A DNA stretch of 64,000 bases from an uncultured virus (IMG/VR IMGVR_UViG_3300042869_000273). Lineage: Duplodnaviria > Heunggongvirae > Uroviricota > Caudoviricetes. A program made the translations under genes and the position numbers. Position 1 is the first letter of the stretch; each line of letters starts with the position of its first letter. Below the pieces are notes generated by a model, which did not search any database, was not told where the DNA came from, and saw nothing but the letters and a program-made list of their open reading frames with translations. The DNA lies in IMG/VR virus record IMGVR_UViG_3300042869_000273; one strand, given 5' to 3'. Shown piece by piece: positions 17,660-26,800 of the stretch.

Positions 17660-17772
17660 TAAATGTAAGTTACTATACTTACAAGTTCAGGATTAAAATA
17701 TTTTAAATCTTCTACATAGGCAATAGTTGTAATTAAACTACCATCTGCTTTATTGTAAACAAAATAAATCAT
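17659..17772 (-). CDS. small 37-aa protein (not in ORF track)
   Basis: MIYFVYNKADGSLITTIAYVEDLKYFNPELVSIVTYI; AAGGA RBS. Confidence 0.55.
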   Translation of the reverse strand: MIYFVYNKADGSLITTIAYVEDLKYFNPELVSIVTYI

Positions 17773-17781
17773 TTTAATTCC

Positions 17782-17877
17782 TTATTCAACTAACGCATCT
17801 AAACCATGAAGTAACGCAGCTACTAGCACAAGTGCAATTATAACCGCTAATAAAACATCAAGAATAATTTCTGACAT
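17782..17877 (-). CDS. small 31-aa single-TM protein (not in ORF track)
   Basis: MSEIILDVLLAVIIALVLVAALLHGLDALVE; GAGGA RBS. Confidence 0.55.
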   Translation of the reverse strand: MSEIILDVLLAVIIALVLVAALLHGLDALVE

Positions 17878-17885
17878 ATATCCTC

Positions 17886-18296
17886 TTATTTAGTAAGATT
17901 ATCATAAGCTTTTGAAACACCCTCATGAGCCTTTGCATAACCATAAGTAAATCCAATCACAGCTTTATCTTTAAAATTGCGATCTTCTACTGGCGTTACA
18001 ATTGCTTTCTCAAAAGCTGTAGGTTCATTTGCCTTGTTAAACAAAGCTAATTTATCACTACGATCTTTTTCGTCAAATGCACATACTGCTACATTGCCAG
18101 TAGTTGCAATAGTACCTGTTATAATACTTGTTGCAATTATTGGTCCTGCGCCAGGGATAAGCAATGAAGCTGCTGCACCTGCTAATGCACCATAAGTACC
18201 TACCTTGAGAACCTCTTTAGGCTTACAAAATGCTTCACTTGCAAAAGAAGAAACACTAGCAATGCTCAAAGACAAAACAATTAAGAACTTTTTCAT
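17886..18296 (-). CDS. signal-peptide protein with glycine-zipper-like hydrophobic hairpin
   Basis: MKKFLIVLSLSIASVSSFA; GALAGAAA...GAGPIIA. Confidence 0.65.
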   Translation of the reverse strand: MKKFLIVLSLSIASVSSFASEAFCKPKEVLKVGTYGALAGAAASLLIPGAGPIIATSIITGTIATTGNVAVCAFDEKDRSDKLALFNKANEPTAFEKAIVTPVEDRNFKDKAVIGFTYGYAKAHEGVSKAYDNLTK

Positions 18297-18324
18297 TTAA
18301 AAACTCCGTTAGTTAACAAAAAAT

Positions 18325-18376
18325 ACACAAGACCGTTTCTCAACGGTTTCGTCTCATAAAGACTCATCAGTTGTGC
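18325..18376 (-). ncRNA. hammerhead ribozyme (type I)
   Basis: GCACAA CUGAUGA GUCU-UUAUG-AGAC GAAA CCGUU-GAGA-AACGG UC^UUGUGU: complete core and three paired stems. Confidence 0.92.
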
Positions 18377-18630
18377 TGCTTATTACATACTGCCATTACC
18401 TTATAAGGGTCTACTGGCTTAATAGTAAAAGGATCTTTTGCTTTCTTGATTTCTTTATCAAGGGCATAGACTGAAACTTCTAAAGCATCCATTTGGCATA
18501 TTGTTTTAGCCTTATCAGTTGCTTTAATTATTCCATCTTCAATTAACATATCTACGTACTTCTCATGCTTAGATGCCATAGCACTAGTAGACAATACTGC
18601 GATTGATACTGCAATAATTAGCTTTAACAT
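18367..18630 (-). CDS. signal-peptide hypothetical protein
   Basis: MLKLIIAVSIAVLSTSAMA; two Cys; AAGGA RBS; TGA stop lies within the hammerhead CUGAUGA. Confidence 0.65.
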   Translation of the reverse strand: MLKLIIAVSIAVLSTSAMASKHEKYVDMLIEDGIIKATDKAKTICQMDALEVSVYALDKEIKKAKDPFTIKPVDPYKVMAVCNKQHN

Positions 18631-18722
18631 TTGATTTCCTTTAAAAGTTTACTTTGATTTGAGTACTCTATCTAATGATATTTCTTCATTATAGATACGT
18701 CATTTTTCTCACTTTTTTTGAT

Positions 18723-18747
18723 AAAAAAGGCCACCTTTTAGGTGACC
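18723..18747 (-). terminator. rho-independent terminator after pcyX, before the small-gene block
   Basis: GGTCACC-TAAAA-GGTGGCC-TTTTTT. Confidence 0.8.
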
Positions 18748-18750
18748 ATT

Positions 18751-18837
18751 TTAATGTACTTCGCAGTACCATTTGATATATTCTTTAGTATACCAATAAA
18801 ATATTGGAGGTACAGTTAGTAGTGCAATGTATTCCAT
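18751..18837 (-). CDS. possible 28-aa peptide (not in ORF track)
   Basis: MEYIALLTVPPIFYWYTKEYIKWYCEVH; GAGG RBS; fills the gap from pcyX to the terminator. Confidence 0.4.
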   Translation of the reverse strand: MEYIALLTVPPIFYWYTKEYIKWYCEVH

Positions 18838-18838
18838 A

Positions 18839-19525
18839 TTATACCTCTGGAAAAAGACATTCTTGAATAAACTTGTTTACTGTTTCTTCATCAAAGCCAA
18901 GAGACTGCATTACTCTAGGTGTATGAGGATTTTTCTTTTGATTTTGACAATACCAATTTTGTTGTTCAGTAAAATTAAAATTTTCTATCTTATAATCATA
19001 ACTATGCCGACTACTTAGCTTATGTAGTGTATCTAAATACTTTTCTAATGATCTTTTAGATAGCTCGAGTATTTCATTTAACTCAAACTCAGAATTAATA
19101 TTACCAGCAGCTACCATTGAAGAACTAAATATATTCTTAGCCCACTCAGGTAGTTCTCTAGGTTTACTCCATTCTTGATCTTTTACTTCATTAGCAAACC
19201 ATTTAACTAGTTCGTGATCTTTATTACCACAAGGACTAAAATCATGGAATGCTCCAGTAACTTTATTAGTCCCAGCAATAAGATCAAATCCGTAGATAGG
19301 TGCATCACTGTAGACCTTTGGAAATACACAGAGGTGCATCATGTAAAGCTTTTTATTATCTCTAGCATCTACTACATCTAAGTGTGCTCTACGAACATGA
19401 GCATTAACATAGATATTATTTTCCCAAGGGAATGGATGAGTCTCTTCAGATAAGAAAGTTCTTGACTCTAATATATCTTTAAAGTCTTGTGTATGCTTCT
19501 CAAGTTTACTGAATATTATGCTCAT
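18839..19525 (-). CDS. pcyX: ferredoxin-dependent bilin reductase, PcyX-type
   Basis: RRAHLDVVD, H.CVFP, PIYGFD.IAG..KVTGAFHDFSP, RELPEWA.NIFS, YC..QKKNPHT, CLFPE. Confidence 0.8.
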   Translation of the reverse strand: MSIIFSKLEKHTQDFKDILESRTFLSEETHPFPWENNIYVNAHVRRAHLDVVDARDNKKLYMMHLCVFPKVYSDAPIYGFDLIAGTNKVTGAFHDFSPCGNKDHELVKWFANEVKDQEWSKPRELPEWAKNIFSSSMVAAGNINSEFELNEILELSKRSLEKYLDTLHKLSSRHSYDYKIENFNFTEQQNWYCQNQKKNPHTPRVMQSLGFDEETVNKFIQECLFPEV

Positions 19526-20042
19526 CAGCTAACTCATCAAATAGTTGTGTTGCAAAGGCAAAGACTATCTTAGCTTCATCAGCTAAATCGTCTGTTAATT
19601 TTTCTCTAGCAATAGCAATAAGTTCTGTGCGATTATAAAATTCATACATTGAACCAGAACCTGGAACTAACTTCTTTAGCATTTGACCACCGTACATATC
19701 ACCAAAATGGCGGACATAAATGTGGGCAAGTAATTGTTCTTTTGAACATTTTCTGACATACTCACAGTAAGCCATTGTGCTCATGTGTAAATGTTGTCTA
19801 GACTTGTCTCTATTTAGATCTCGTAGATCTTGTGCAATCTTTGCTGTACGTTTAATAGTTACAATATCATCTAATAAACCTAATGCTTCAGCAGTTTGCT
19901 CTAATGCAGCATAGCAATGTTTTTGATTAAACAAAAAGTCACCATACTCTTCTTTTGTAATTTTTCCTGCAAATAGTTTCTTTACAAAAGGATGATTCTC
20001 TGCACTATCATGTGCATCTTTAATTAATTCTCTTAACGCCAT
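19506..20042 (-). CDS. hemO: heme oxygenase
   Basis: H..AE proximal His, Y..LE, AHIYVRHFGDMYGGQ, EAKIVF. Confidence 0.9.
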   Translation of the reverse strand: MALRELIKDAHDSAENHPFVKKLFAGKITKEEYGDFLFNQKHCYAALEQTAEALGLLDDIVTIKRTAKIAQDLRDLNRDKSRQHLHMSTMAYCEYVRKCSKEQLLAHIYVRHFGDMYGGQMLKKLVPGSGSMYEFYNRTELIAIAREKLTDDLADEAKIVFAFATQLFDELADEHNIQ

Positions 20043-20053
20043 TTAAACTCCTT

Positions 20054-20084
20054 AATAAAACAGGGAACCGAAGTTCCCCGTTTG
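20054..20084 (-). terminator. rho-independent terminator with cUUCGg loop
   Basis: CGGGGAAC-TTCG-GTTCCCTG-TTTT. Confidence 0.85.
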
Positions 20085-20089
20085 TTTAC

Positions 20090-20623
20090 TTATTTTTTAT
20101 GACCCCATAGGGACATAGAATAACGTGATCCATAAAATACTGGTTTAGCTCTATGAGTTAAAATAGATGGAAAGAAAACTACAGAACCTTGTTTAAGTGG
20201 TATACTAAATTTTTTATCAGAAATAAATATTTCTAATCCGCCACCAATATAATCTTTAGGGTTTGATAATTCAACAACTCCAGAAAGTATTCTGTAGTTT
20301 CCAGTTGTACCTAGATCTATATGTTTATTGTAATGATCTAAAAATTTATATTCAGCTATTTGAAGATTTTCAATTTGACTCAATTCTTGTAAATGACTTT
20401 CTTTACTTTCATAAAACATTAAATCAATTACTTTTCTAGCTATATTATTATATTCTTCTCCAGACTCAGGAGTAATCCAAGCCACTTTGCCTTTTCTTCT
20501 AAAAGAATTTTGTTTTAGTTCATGGGTTGTGGCAGTTTCGAATTTATCTTTTGAATATTCAATTAGGTATTCACATTCTTCTTTTGATAATACATTATCA
20601 TAATACTTATACATCGGTCTCAT
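20090..20623 (-). CDS. 2OG-Fe(II) oxygenase (prolyl-hydroxylase-like)
   Basis: HID, Y.GG.L, FPS...H.A.PV..G.RYS. Confidence 0.85.
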   Translation of the reverse strand: MRPMYKYYDNVLSKEECEYLIEYSKDKFETATTHELKQNSFRRKGKVAWITPESGEEYNNIARKVIDLMFYESKESHLQELSQIENLQIAEYKFLDHYNKHIDLGTTGNYRILSGVVELSNPKDYIGGGLEIFISDKKFSIPLKQGSVVFFPSILTHRAKPVFYGSRYSMSLWGHKK

Positions 20624-21263
20624 CTAAAAATCCTATATTAAAACTGACTATGATTCTATCTTCTGTAGAGTTATTTGGTAATGATCTATGAGGCAACCAA
20701 GAAGGAAATATAACCATTAATCCTTCTTCTGGAGAAATACTATGTTTAGTTTCTACATTTGGGAATGTAGGCATATCAGTATGCATAAACATTGTTTTGG
20801 CTACCCATGAAGGATCATGAAAAACAATATCTCCACAATTCTTTGGAGTCTTAGAGTAGAACACACCACTAAGATATGAGTTAGAATGCACATGCTCAGG
20901 TACAAAAGCACCTGGTGGATAAATTGTTGTCCACATGTTAATAATATGCATTTTCTTATTATTAGGATTTACTGTATTAATCATAGTTTTTGAAAAATCA
21001 AAAATAAAATCAGATACATTTTTCCATTCTGGTTTATGAAATAAATCTTCAATTGAATTAAAAGAAGTTACTCCACTTTTATAAAAGTCTTCTTTATTAG
21101 ACGATTTTATTCCTTGATCCCATTCTTCAGAAACTAAACTACCTTCTTTTAGATTATCTCTTAAACTATAGGAAAGAGCATTAAGCTCTTCCCTGATAGA
21201 TACTAAGTCCGACTTCCCAATCAAAAGTGGTGTAGCCATTATTGGTCTTAAAAATTCACTCAT
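20607..21263 (-). CDS. putative 2OG-Fe(II) oxygenase (TIGR02466-like)
   Basis: HVH...LSGVFY, P.EG.MVIFPSWLPH, RIIVSFN. Confidence 0.85.
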   Translation of the reverse strand: MSEFLRPIMATPLLIGKSDLVSIREELNALSYSLRDNLKEGSLVSEEWDQGIKSSNKEDFYKSGVTSFNSIEDLFHKPEWKNVSDFIFDFSKTMINTVNPNNKKMHIINMWTTIYPPGAFVPEHVHSNSYLSGVFYSKTPKNCGDIVFHDPSWVAKTMFMHTDMPTFPNVETKHSISPEEGLMVIFPSWLPHRSLPNNSTEDRIIVSFNIGFLDETDV

Positions 21264-21706
21264 TTACTTGGTCTCACTGGCCATTCTATTTCAGTTGTAA
21301 AATCTACAGCTGGATATAAGTTTGTTAAATTACGAAGAGCAGATCTATATGCTGCCCATTCAGTTTTCTTTTGAGCACTTAGTGGTGCATCTAAAGTTTG
21401 TGTCCAATCACAGTCTCTTAATTCACTATCTCTTCTAAAACGAATACAATAGTTAGTTAAATGATCTTGATCGTGTGTAACAATTTCCCAATTCCATACA
21501 AAATTATCACCTTGTTTTGAAAAATGTAATCTACGTAAATATTGTTTAGCTGTTATTTCAGGTTTATTATCTAGTATTGGCCGATATCCATGTTCATGCA
21601 TATTTTCTGGTATGATATGCAAGTTTGGAAATACGTATTTTAAATTTTCTTCCAATATAGGAGCACCAATAGGTTGCTCATTTTGTCCTACTTCAATATA
21701 TTCCAT
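21260..21706 (-). CDS. tail fibre assembly chaperone-like protein (likely start 21706)
   Basis: RD..L..CDWTQ..D.PL...WAAYRSALR...WP.RP; AAGGA RBS before MEYIEV. Confidence 0.7.
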   Translation of the reverse strand: MEYIEVGQNEQPIGAPILEENLKYVFPNLHIIPENMHEHGYRPILDNKPEITAKQYLRRLHFSKQGDNFVWNWEIVTHDQDHLTNYCIRFRRDSELRDCDWTQTLDAPLSAQKKTEWAAYRSALRNLTNLYPAVDFTTEIEWPVRPSK

Positions 21707-21714
21707 AATATTCC

Positions 21715-22713
21715 TTATGATGCATTTCCAGGATATGAACGGCCTGGTCCCCAAATAATACGCACTCCGCCTATACCACCATCACCTGATGCGCTTGGCC
21801 AAGAACTACCTGGGCCACCACCGCCTCCACCATAGTTGCCTCCAGGAATATTGTTAGAGCTTTGACCTGACCCAGAGAATGGGTTTTCACCATAGCCTCC
21901 ATTTGTACCACCGTGAGCACCACTACCACCACTTCCTTGGCCAGAGCTATTATTATATCCTGAAAATGGATTATAAAATGGGTTTCCAGGAGAAGGGTAT
22001 CCTGTAATTCCGTTAAGACCTACCCCACCACCACCACCTGAACCATAAGTAGAGCTATAGTATCCACCACCGCCACCGCCATTATTAGCAGTATTCCAAG
22101 TCTCTTGTTGGTTATAACCTCTACCTGTATAACCACCAGCACCACCGCCACCTGGATGACCTGTAGCATTACCTCCAGCACCACCGCCATCGCCTATATA
22201 TCCACCACCATAACCATTGGAAGAAGGTCCATTGTTATTTTGAATGCTGCCACCAGCGTTTCCTCCACCGTAACCTGCTACTGTACTAGTATCTTTAAAG
22301 TAGCTGGTCCCACCACCCATTAAAGCTTGAGTACTTGTAGTGTTGGGGTAAGATAAACCACCAGCACCAACTTTAACTTCATAACTAGTTCCTGGTTTTA
22401 CCTTAATATTATTTTTCCAACCTAAGCCAGCGCCACCACCAGCTGGATTTGCCCATCCATCATAGCCTGCACCACCACCACCTACGGCTACAACCGATAC
22501 TCCATATACTCCAGCAGGAGCAACCCACGTATAAGTTCCAGCAGTTGTGTAAGTTTGTTGACCTGTAACCAATGTTGGAAGAGTAACTAGTCCATCTACT
22601 TCTACAGGGTATTTAGTTCCGCTAACAGTTACATAAGAGTTTGCTAAATCTACTCCGCCAGAAGCTGCTAATGAGGTTACTTGTAATTCTTCAACTGTTA
22701 ATTTAGTTGCCAT
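21715..22713 (-). CDS. glycine-rich virion/fibre protein
   Basis: GTYTWVAPAGV..VSVVAVGGGG, dense Gly repeats, terminal GGVRIIWG. Confidence 0.75.
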   Translation of the reverse strand: MATKLTVEELQVTSLAASGGVDLANSYVTVSGTKYPVEVDGLVTLPTLVTGQQTYTTAGTYTWVAPAGVYGVSVVAVGGGGAGYDGWANPAGGGAGLGWKNNIKVKPGTSYEVKVGAGGLSYPNTTSTQALMGGGTSYFKDTSTVAGYGGGNAGGSIQNNNGPSSNGYGGGYIGDGGGAGGNATGHPGGGGAGGYTGRGYNQQETWNTANNGGGGGGYYSSTYGSGGGGGVGLNGITGYPSPGNPFYNPFSGYNNSSGQGSGGSGAHGGTNGGYGENPFSGSGQSSNNIPGGNYGGGGGGPGSSWPSASGDGGIGGVRIIWGPGRSYPGNAS

Positions 22714-22724
22714 TTAAAATCTCC

Positions 22725-22955
22725 TTAAGTAGCAGAAGAAGATTCTCTTGCCCTAGCTAGTTCTGTTCTCTCTGCAGCAAGTTCCTCTTCAGTCATTGCA
22801 CGAATAGTACCATTAGCCTTGATAAGTCTAAGACCCATTAAGCTGTCTGCACAAGTTTCAAAACCTTCTAAATTAGTACCTTCAATTGGGTTTAAATAGC
22901 AGATTTCACTTTTATTTTCAGAATTAAATTTTACGTACATTTTAACGATCTCCAT
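22725..22955 (-). CDS. hypothetical protein
   Basis: ORF track. Confidence 0.55.
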   Translation of the reverse strand: MEIVKMYVKFNSENKSEICYLNPIEGTNLEGFETCADSLMGLRLIKANGTIRAMTEEELAAERTELARARESSSAT

Positions 22956-23889
22956 AGTTTAGGGCTGTATCAGTCCAGATTTTCTTGATAATAGAGCTTG
23001 CTGCGCCAGCATATGTCATACTAAATCTAGATTGGAATAAAGAGCTTAACATTCTCATATCACAAATAATAGATGCATTTGTAAAGGTAGTATTAAGATT
23101 ATAGAAAAAGTTAGTATCTTTAAATCTATATGTGGTTTGATATTGATCAGTACTAACTAAACAAGCAAGTATGGTAGTATTAGCAGGAACTGAAAAAGTA
23201 CCTGTCAGGTTTGTATTTTGTGTAGTAGTTGAACTTGAGGCAAGACTTGTACCAGTAACTCCAGTAACACCACTGTAAAGTCCTGAATTAGGAGCAAGTA
23301 CAAACAGTTGTGCACCTTCATATCCCGCAGACCAATAATCAGAGCAGTATGCCGCTAATGAAATAGTAATAGCAGCTCCACTAGTATTACGAATAGGCAT
23401 AATACGAAAACTATGGCCACCATAGCTTGTATTATTATCATAATGGAACACATCACGAGAATAACCTAAACGATTACCATTAGAGAATTGTAGTTGGCGA
23501 CTTAGTCCACCTTCAAAATCACCAAAGTGGGCTAGTTCACTAGTTCCTGAATTTCCATAACCATCCCCAAGTGCCATTGATATAAATTGGATTAAGTGGT
23601 TATCGGTATGAGATTGATTAGCTGTGTAAGTAGTCCAGGGGCCAGAAGAAGACCACTCTCCTGTACTATAAGTATTGCTACGGTCTGTGTGAGAAATTAT
23701 ACACCCAATATTGCCTTTATTTTCTGGAGAAACTAATCCAGAGATAACATCTATTACTGGTCCACTACCAAATACTAAATTACCTGCTCCATCTGTTTTC
23801 ATGAACTGGCCATTTGTGCCATCCGATGTAGGTAGTGTGAAAGCAGCACCACCTGATTTTTGAAATTGGTCTACAACAATTTTAGACAT
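22942..23889 (-). CDS. putative tail fibre/virion protein
   Basis: TLPTSDGTNGQFMKTDGAGNL fibre-type motif. Confidence 0.6.
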   Translation of the reverse strand: MSKIVVDQFQKSGGAAFTLPTSDGTNGQFMKTDGAGNLVFGSGPVIDVISGLVSPENKGNIGCIISHTDRSNTYSTGEWSSSGPWTTYTANQSHTDNHLIQFISMALGDGYGNSGTSELAHFGDFEGGLSRQLQFSNGNRLGYSRDVFHYDNNTSYGGHSFRIMPIRNTSGAAITISLAAYCSDYWSAGYEGAQLFVLAPNSGLYSGVTGVTGTSLASSSTTTQNTNLTGTFSVPANTTILACLVSTDQYQTTYRFKDTNFFYNLNTTFTNASIICDMRMLSSLFQSRFSMTYAGAASSIIKKIWTDTALNYGDR

Positions 23890-23899
23890 AATTTATTCC

Positions 23900-26800
23900 T
23901 TAATTAAAGAGTGCGAATCCATTTGGATTCAACACGAAATGATAAGCGTTTGGAGCAATAGTATATACCGTTGCGCCAGAAAGAGTTAGTGTAGACATAC
24001 TAAAAGTCATCTTGTAAGAACCTAAAGTTTTATCAGTACTAATAGTAGCTACTAGTGGTAATTCATTTACACTTATACCACCTACTGCAGTATTTGTATA
24101 AGAATTTGCAGAGGTTAGCGTAGCAGCATCACCTGCATCAATGTAGGTTTTAGCTGCATTCTGAGAAGGTACTAATACATTTGAAGTACCTAAAGCAACG
24201 TTTGTACTAATAATACCAGTTGTTGAAGCGGCAGTTTTAGTATCTACATAAGTTTTTACAGCATATTCTGTTGGAACTGCAGTATTAGAATTACCTGACA
24301 ATGCGCCATCACTAGAGAACTCATTAATAGTTTCACCTAATTGTGCACCAATAGATCCAAGCTTAAGAGAGGTTAAACCAGCTAAATCGAAAGCGTTAGC
24401 ATTCAAGGTTGCACGGCCAGTAGCTTGATCAATACGGAAATATTCACCAACCCTAAAGTTACCATCTTGGTCAGTACTTACATAGTATACACGACCTGGA
24501 TAGGCTTCATCAGTTTCATTACCTTGAGCTGAAGGTTGTGTTGGAACTCCTGGATAGTTAGTTGTTACTACACCACCAGTACCAATGCTTAAGAAGTCAT
24601 GACCAGTTAAACGAATCTGACTATATTGTCTACGCATAGTAATTACTGAATCTGCTGGAGAACCATTTGGTTTTTCTTGTGCAAGAATTAATACAATTTC
24701 ACTACTTGAGTTTGTATAAGTACCTGATACACTCTGAATAACATAAGAGAATATATCACCTGCAATAGAAATACTAGATCCTGGCTTTGGTAATGCTGTT
24801 AATCCATTTACGATTAATACAAAACCTTTTTGATTCTCTAATCCACCAGTATTAACACTACCAGTACCACCACTTGTAAAAGTTAATGCTTGACCTGCTG
24901 TAAATGTACCTGTAGTATTCTTTACATAAACTTTATCAGCAGAGTATTGTACGTTAGTAACTATACCTGTACCTGATGGGCCTGTAACAGTATCCCCTAC
25001 ATTAATAGCACCACCACCATATTGGAAGTTTAATTGTTGTCCAACTAAAGCACCTGTTAACGCTGATTCATTAACATCAAATCCACGAGAAGTAGCACCC
25101 CATGTACCATAGCTATTATTACCATTTAATGCACGGATAAATCCACCGCCTGAAGCAGTGTATCCAAAGTAGCAGTAGTATGTAAAGCAAGATACAATTT
25201 CAGACTTACCACCATCTTTAACCCAATAGCCAATACCATTATCAGAAATAACAGTGTAGCCATGGAAAATCATAGTCTTAGCGCCTGTTGCATGAACAGA
25301 ACCATCGATCAAAGCACCAATACCACCAGAACCAATAAATGAACATTCAAGTACATATGGTGATTTGTGTGTAATAGGGCTAGCTGGATTCAATCTAACA
25401 ACAACGCCTTTAATAGTAGACGTAGTAACATCTGATGGTGTAGTACCACCAGGAGTCCAACCTGTCATGCCTCTAAAGGTCATCTTATTAAGAATAGAAC
25501 CATTACTCATTAAGAACATCGTTGCTTGTGAGTTTAGAGTAACACCATCGTCACTTAAACCAGTTTTAGGCTCAATAATAACTGTACGCTGATTATCTCC
25601 TACAATAGCAACGTTAGCTGGAATTGTAATAGGTAACTGCTCATCATATGTACCTGTTTTAACAAAGATTGTAGAGTTTTCTGGAGCATTATCACAAGCG
25701 TATCTAACAGAAGCATATGGGGTTGTTAAATTTTTACCATACGCAGGTGCATCTACACCATGAGGAGCTACATAGAATACATTAGCTGATTGTGTAGCGC
25801 CAAGCCAATCTAGGTTTATACCATTACCAGTAACAGTTAAACTTTGTCCAGCATCTGTTGCTTGAATTGCAGGTAATACATCTGATCCACCAACAACAAA
25901 TAATGCCCATTTAGAGGAATCAGTAACGAAAGAAGAACTAGAAGTATGATCTTGAGTTGCTAAATATGCAGAACCAATTGTATCTTTAATTATATCATCT
26001 TTTAGATATAAAGTGGAAGCAGCCCAAGTGCCTCTCCATCTAACACCTGAGTTAAACTTTTGCCATTTAACTGCTGCTAAGTCAGTTTCAAATGTAGTTG
26101 ATGCATGAGGAATGAGAGATATATAAGTGTTGCCACCATGTGAAACTACCTCATCAATACCGTATTCAGTAGTAGTAGCCCAAGTACCTTTGTTCTTAAA
26201 CCCTGCAACTAGTTTATCCCATGTAGCAGTGGTTGTTGGGTTTGTGTTGCTATTATCAAGCCTAGCTTGGAATAAACTACCACCATAAGTTATAACTTCA
26301 CCAATTTTATATGCAGTTAAACTAGACCATACACCTTGGTATTTTAAACCTGCATTATAGAGTTCCCAGTATGATGCTGCAGTAGGTAGATTACCAGTTG
26401 AATCTTGTAATGCAATGTAAGTGTTTGATCCATAGGTTACTAGATCACCCTTCTTATATGCTGTAGCATTTACATATGCACCCTTAAACAGGGTACCACC
26501 TGTAATAATTTCCCAACTAGCCGTAGTTGTAGGTAAAGTATTAGATTGTTCTTGTTTACTTCTATAAAGCGTATTACCATAAACAACTAAGTCATTTAAA
26601 TAGTATGTTGTAACTGAGCTATAAGTACCTTGGAATTTAGTACCACTAATTAATAATTCCCATTGCGTAGTATTGGTAGGAATATTACCTGTAGTATTTA
26701 CTTTTGCACGATAAATATTTGGACCATAAGCAACTAAATCACCTGGAACATATGCTGTTGCGTTGTTATAAACGCTTTTTGCACTAATACCTTCAACAAA

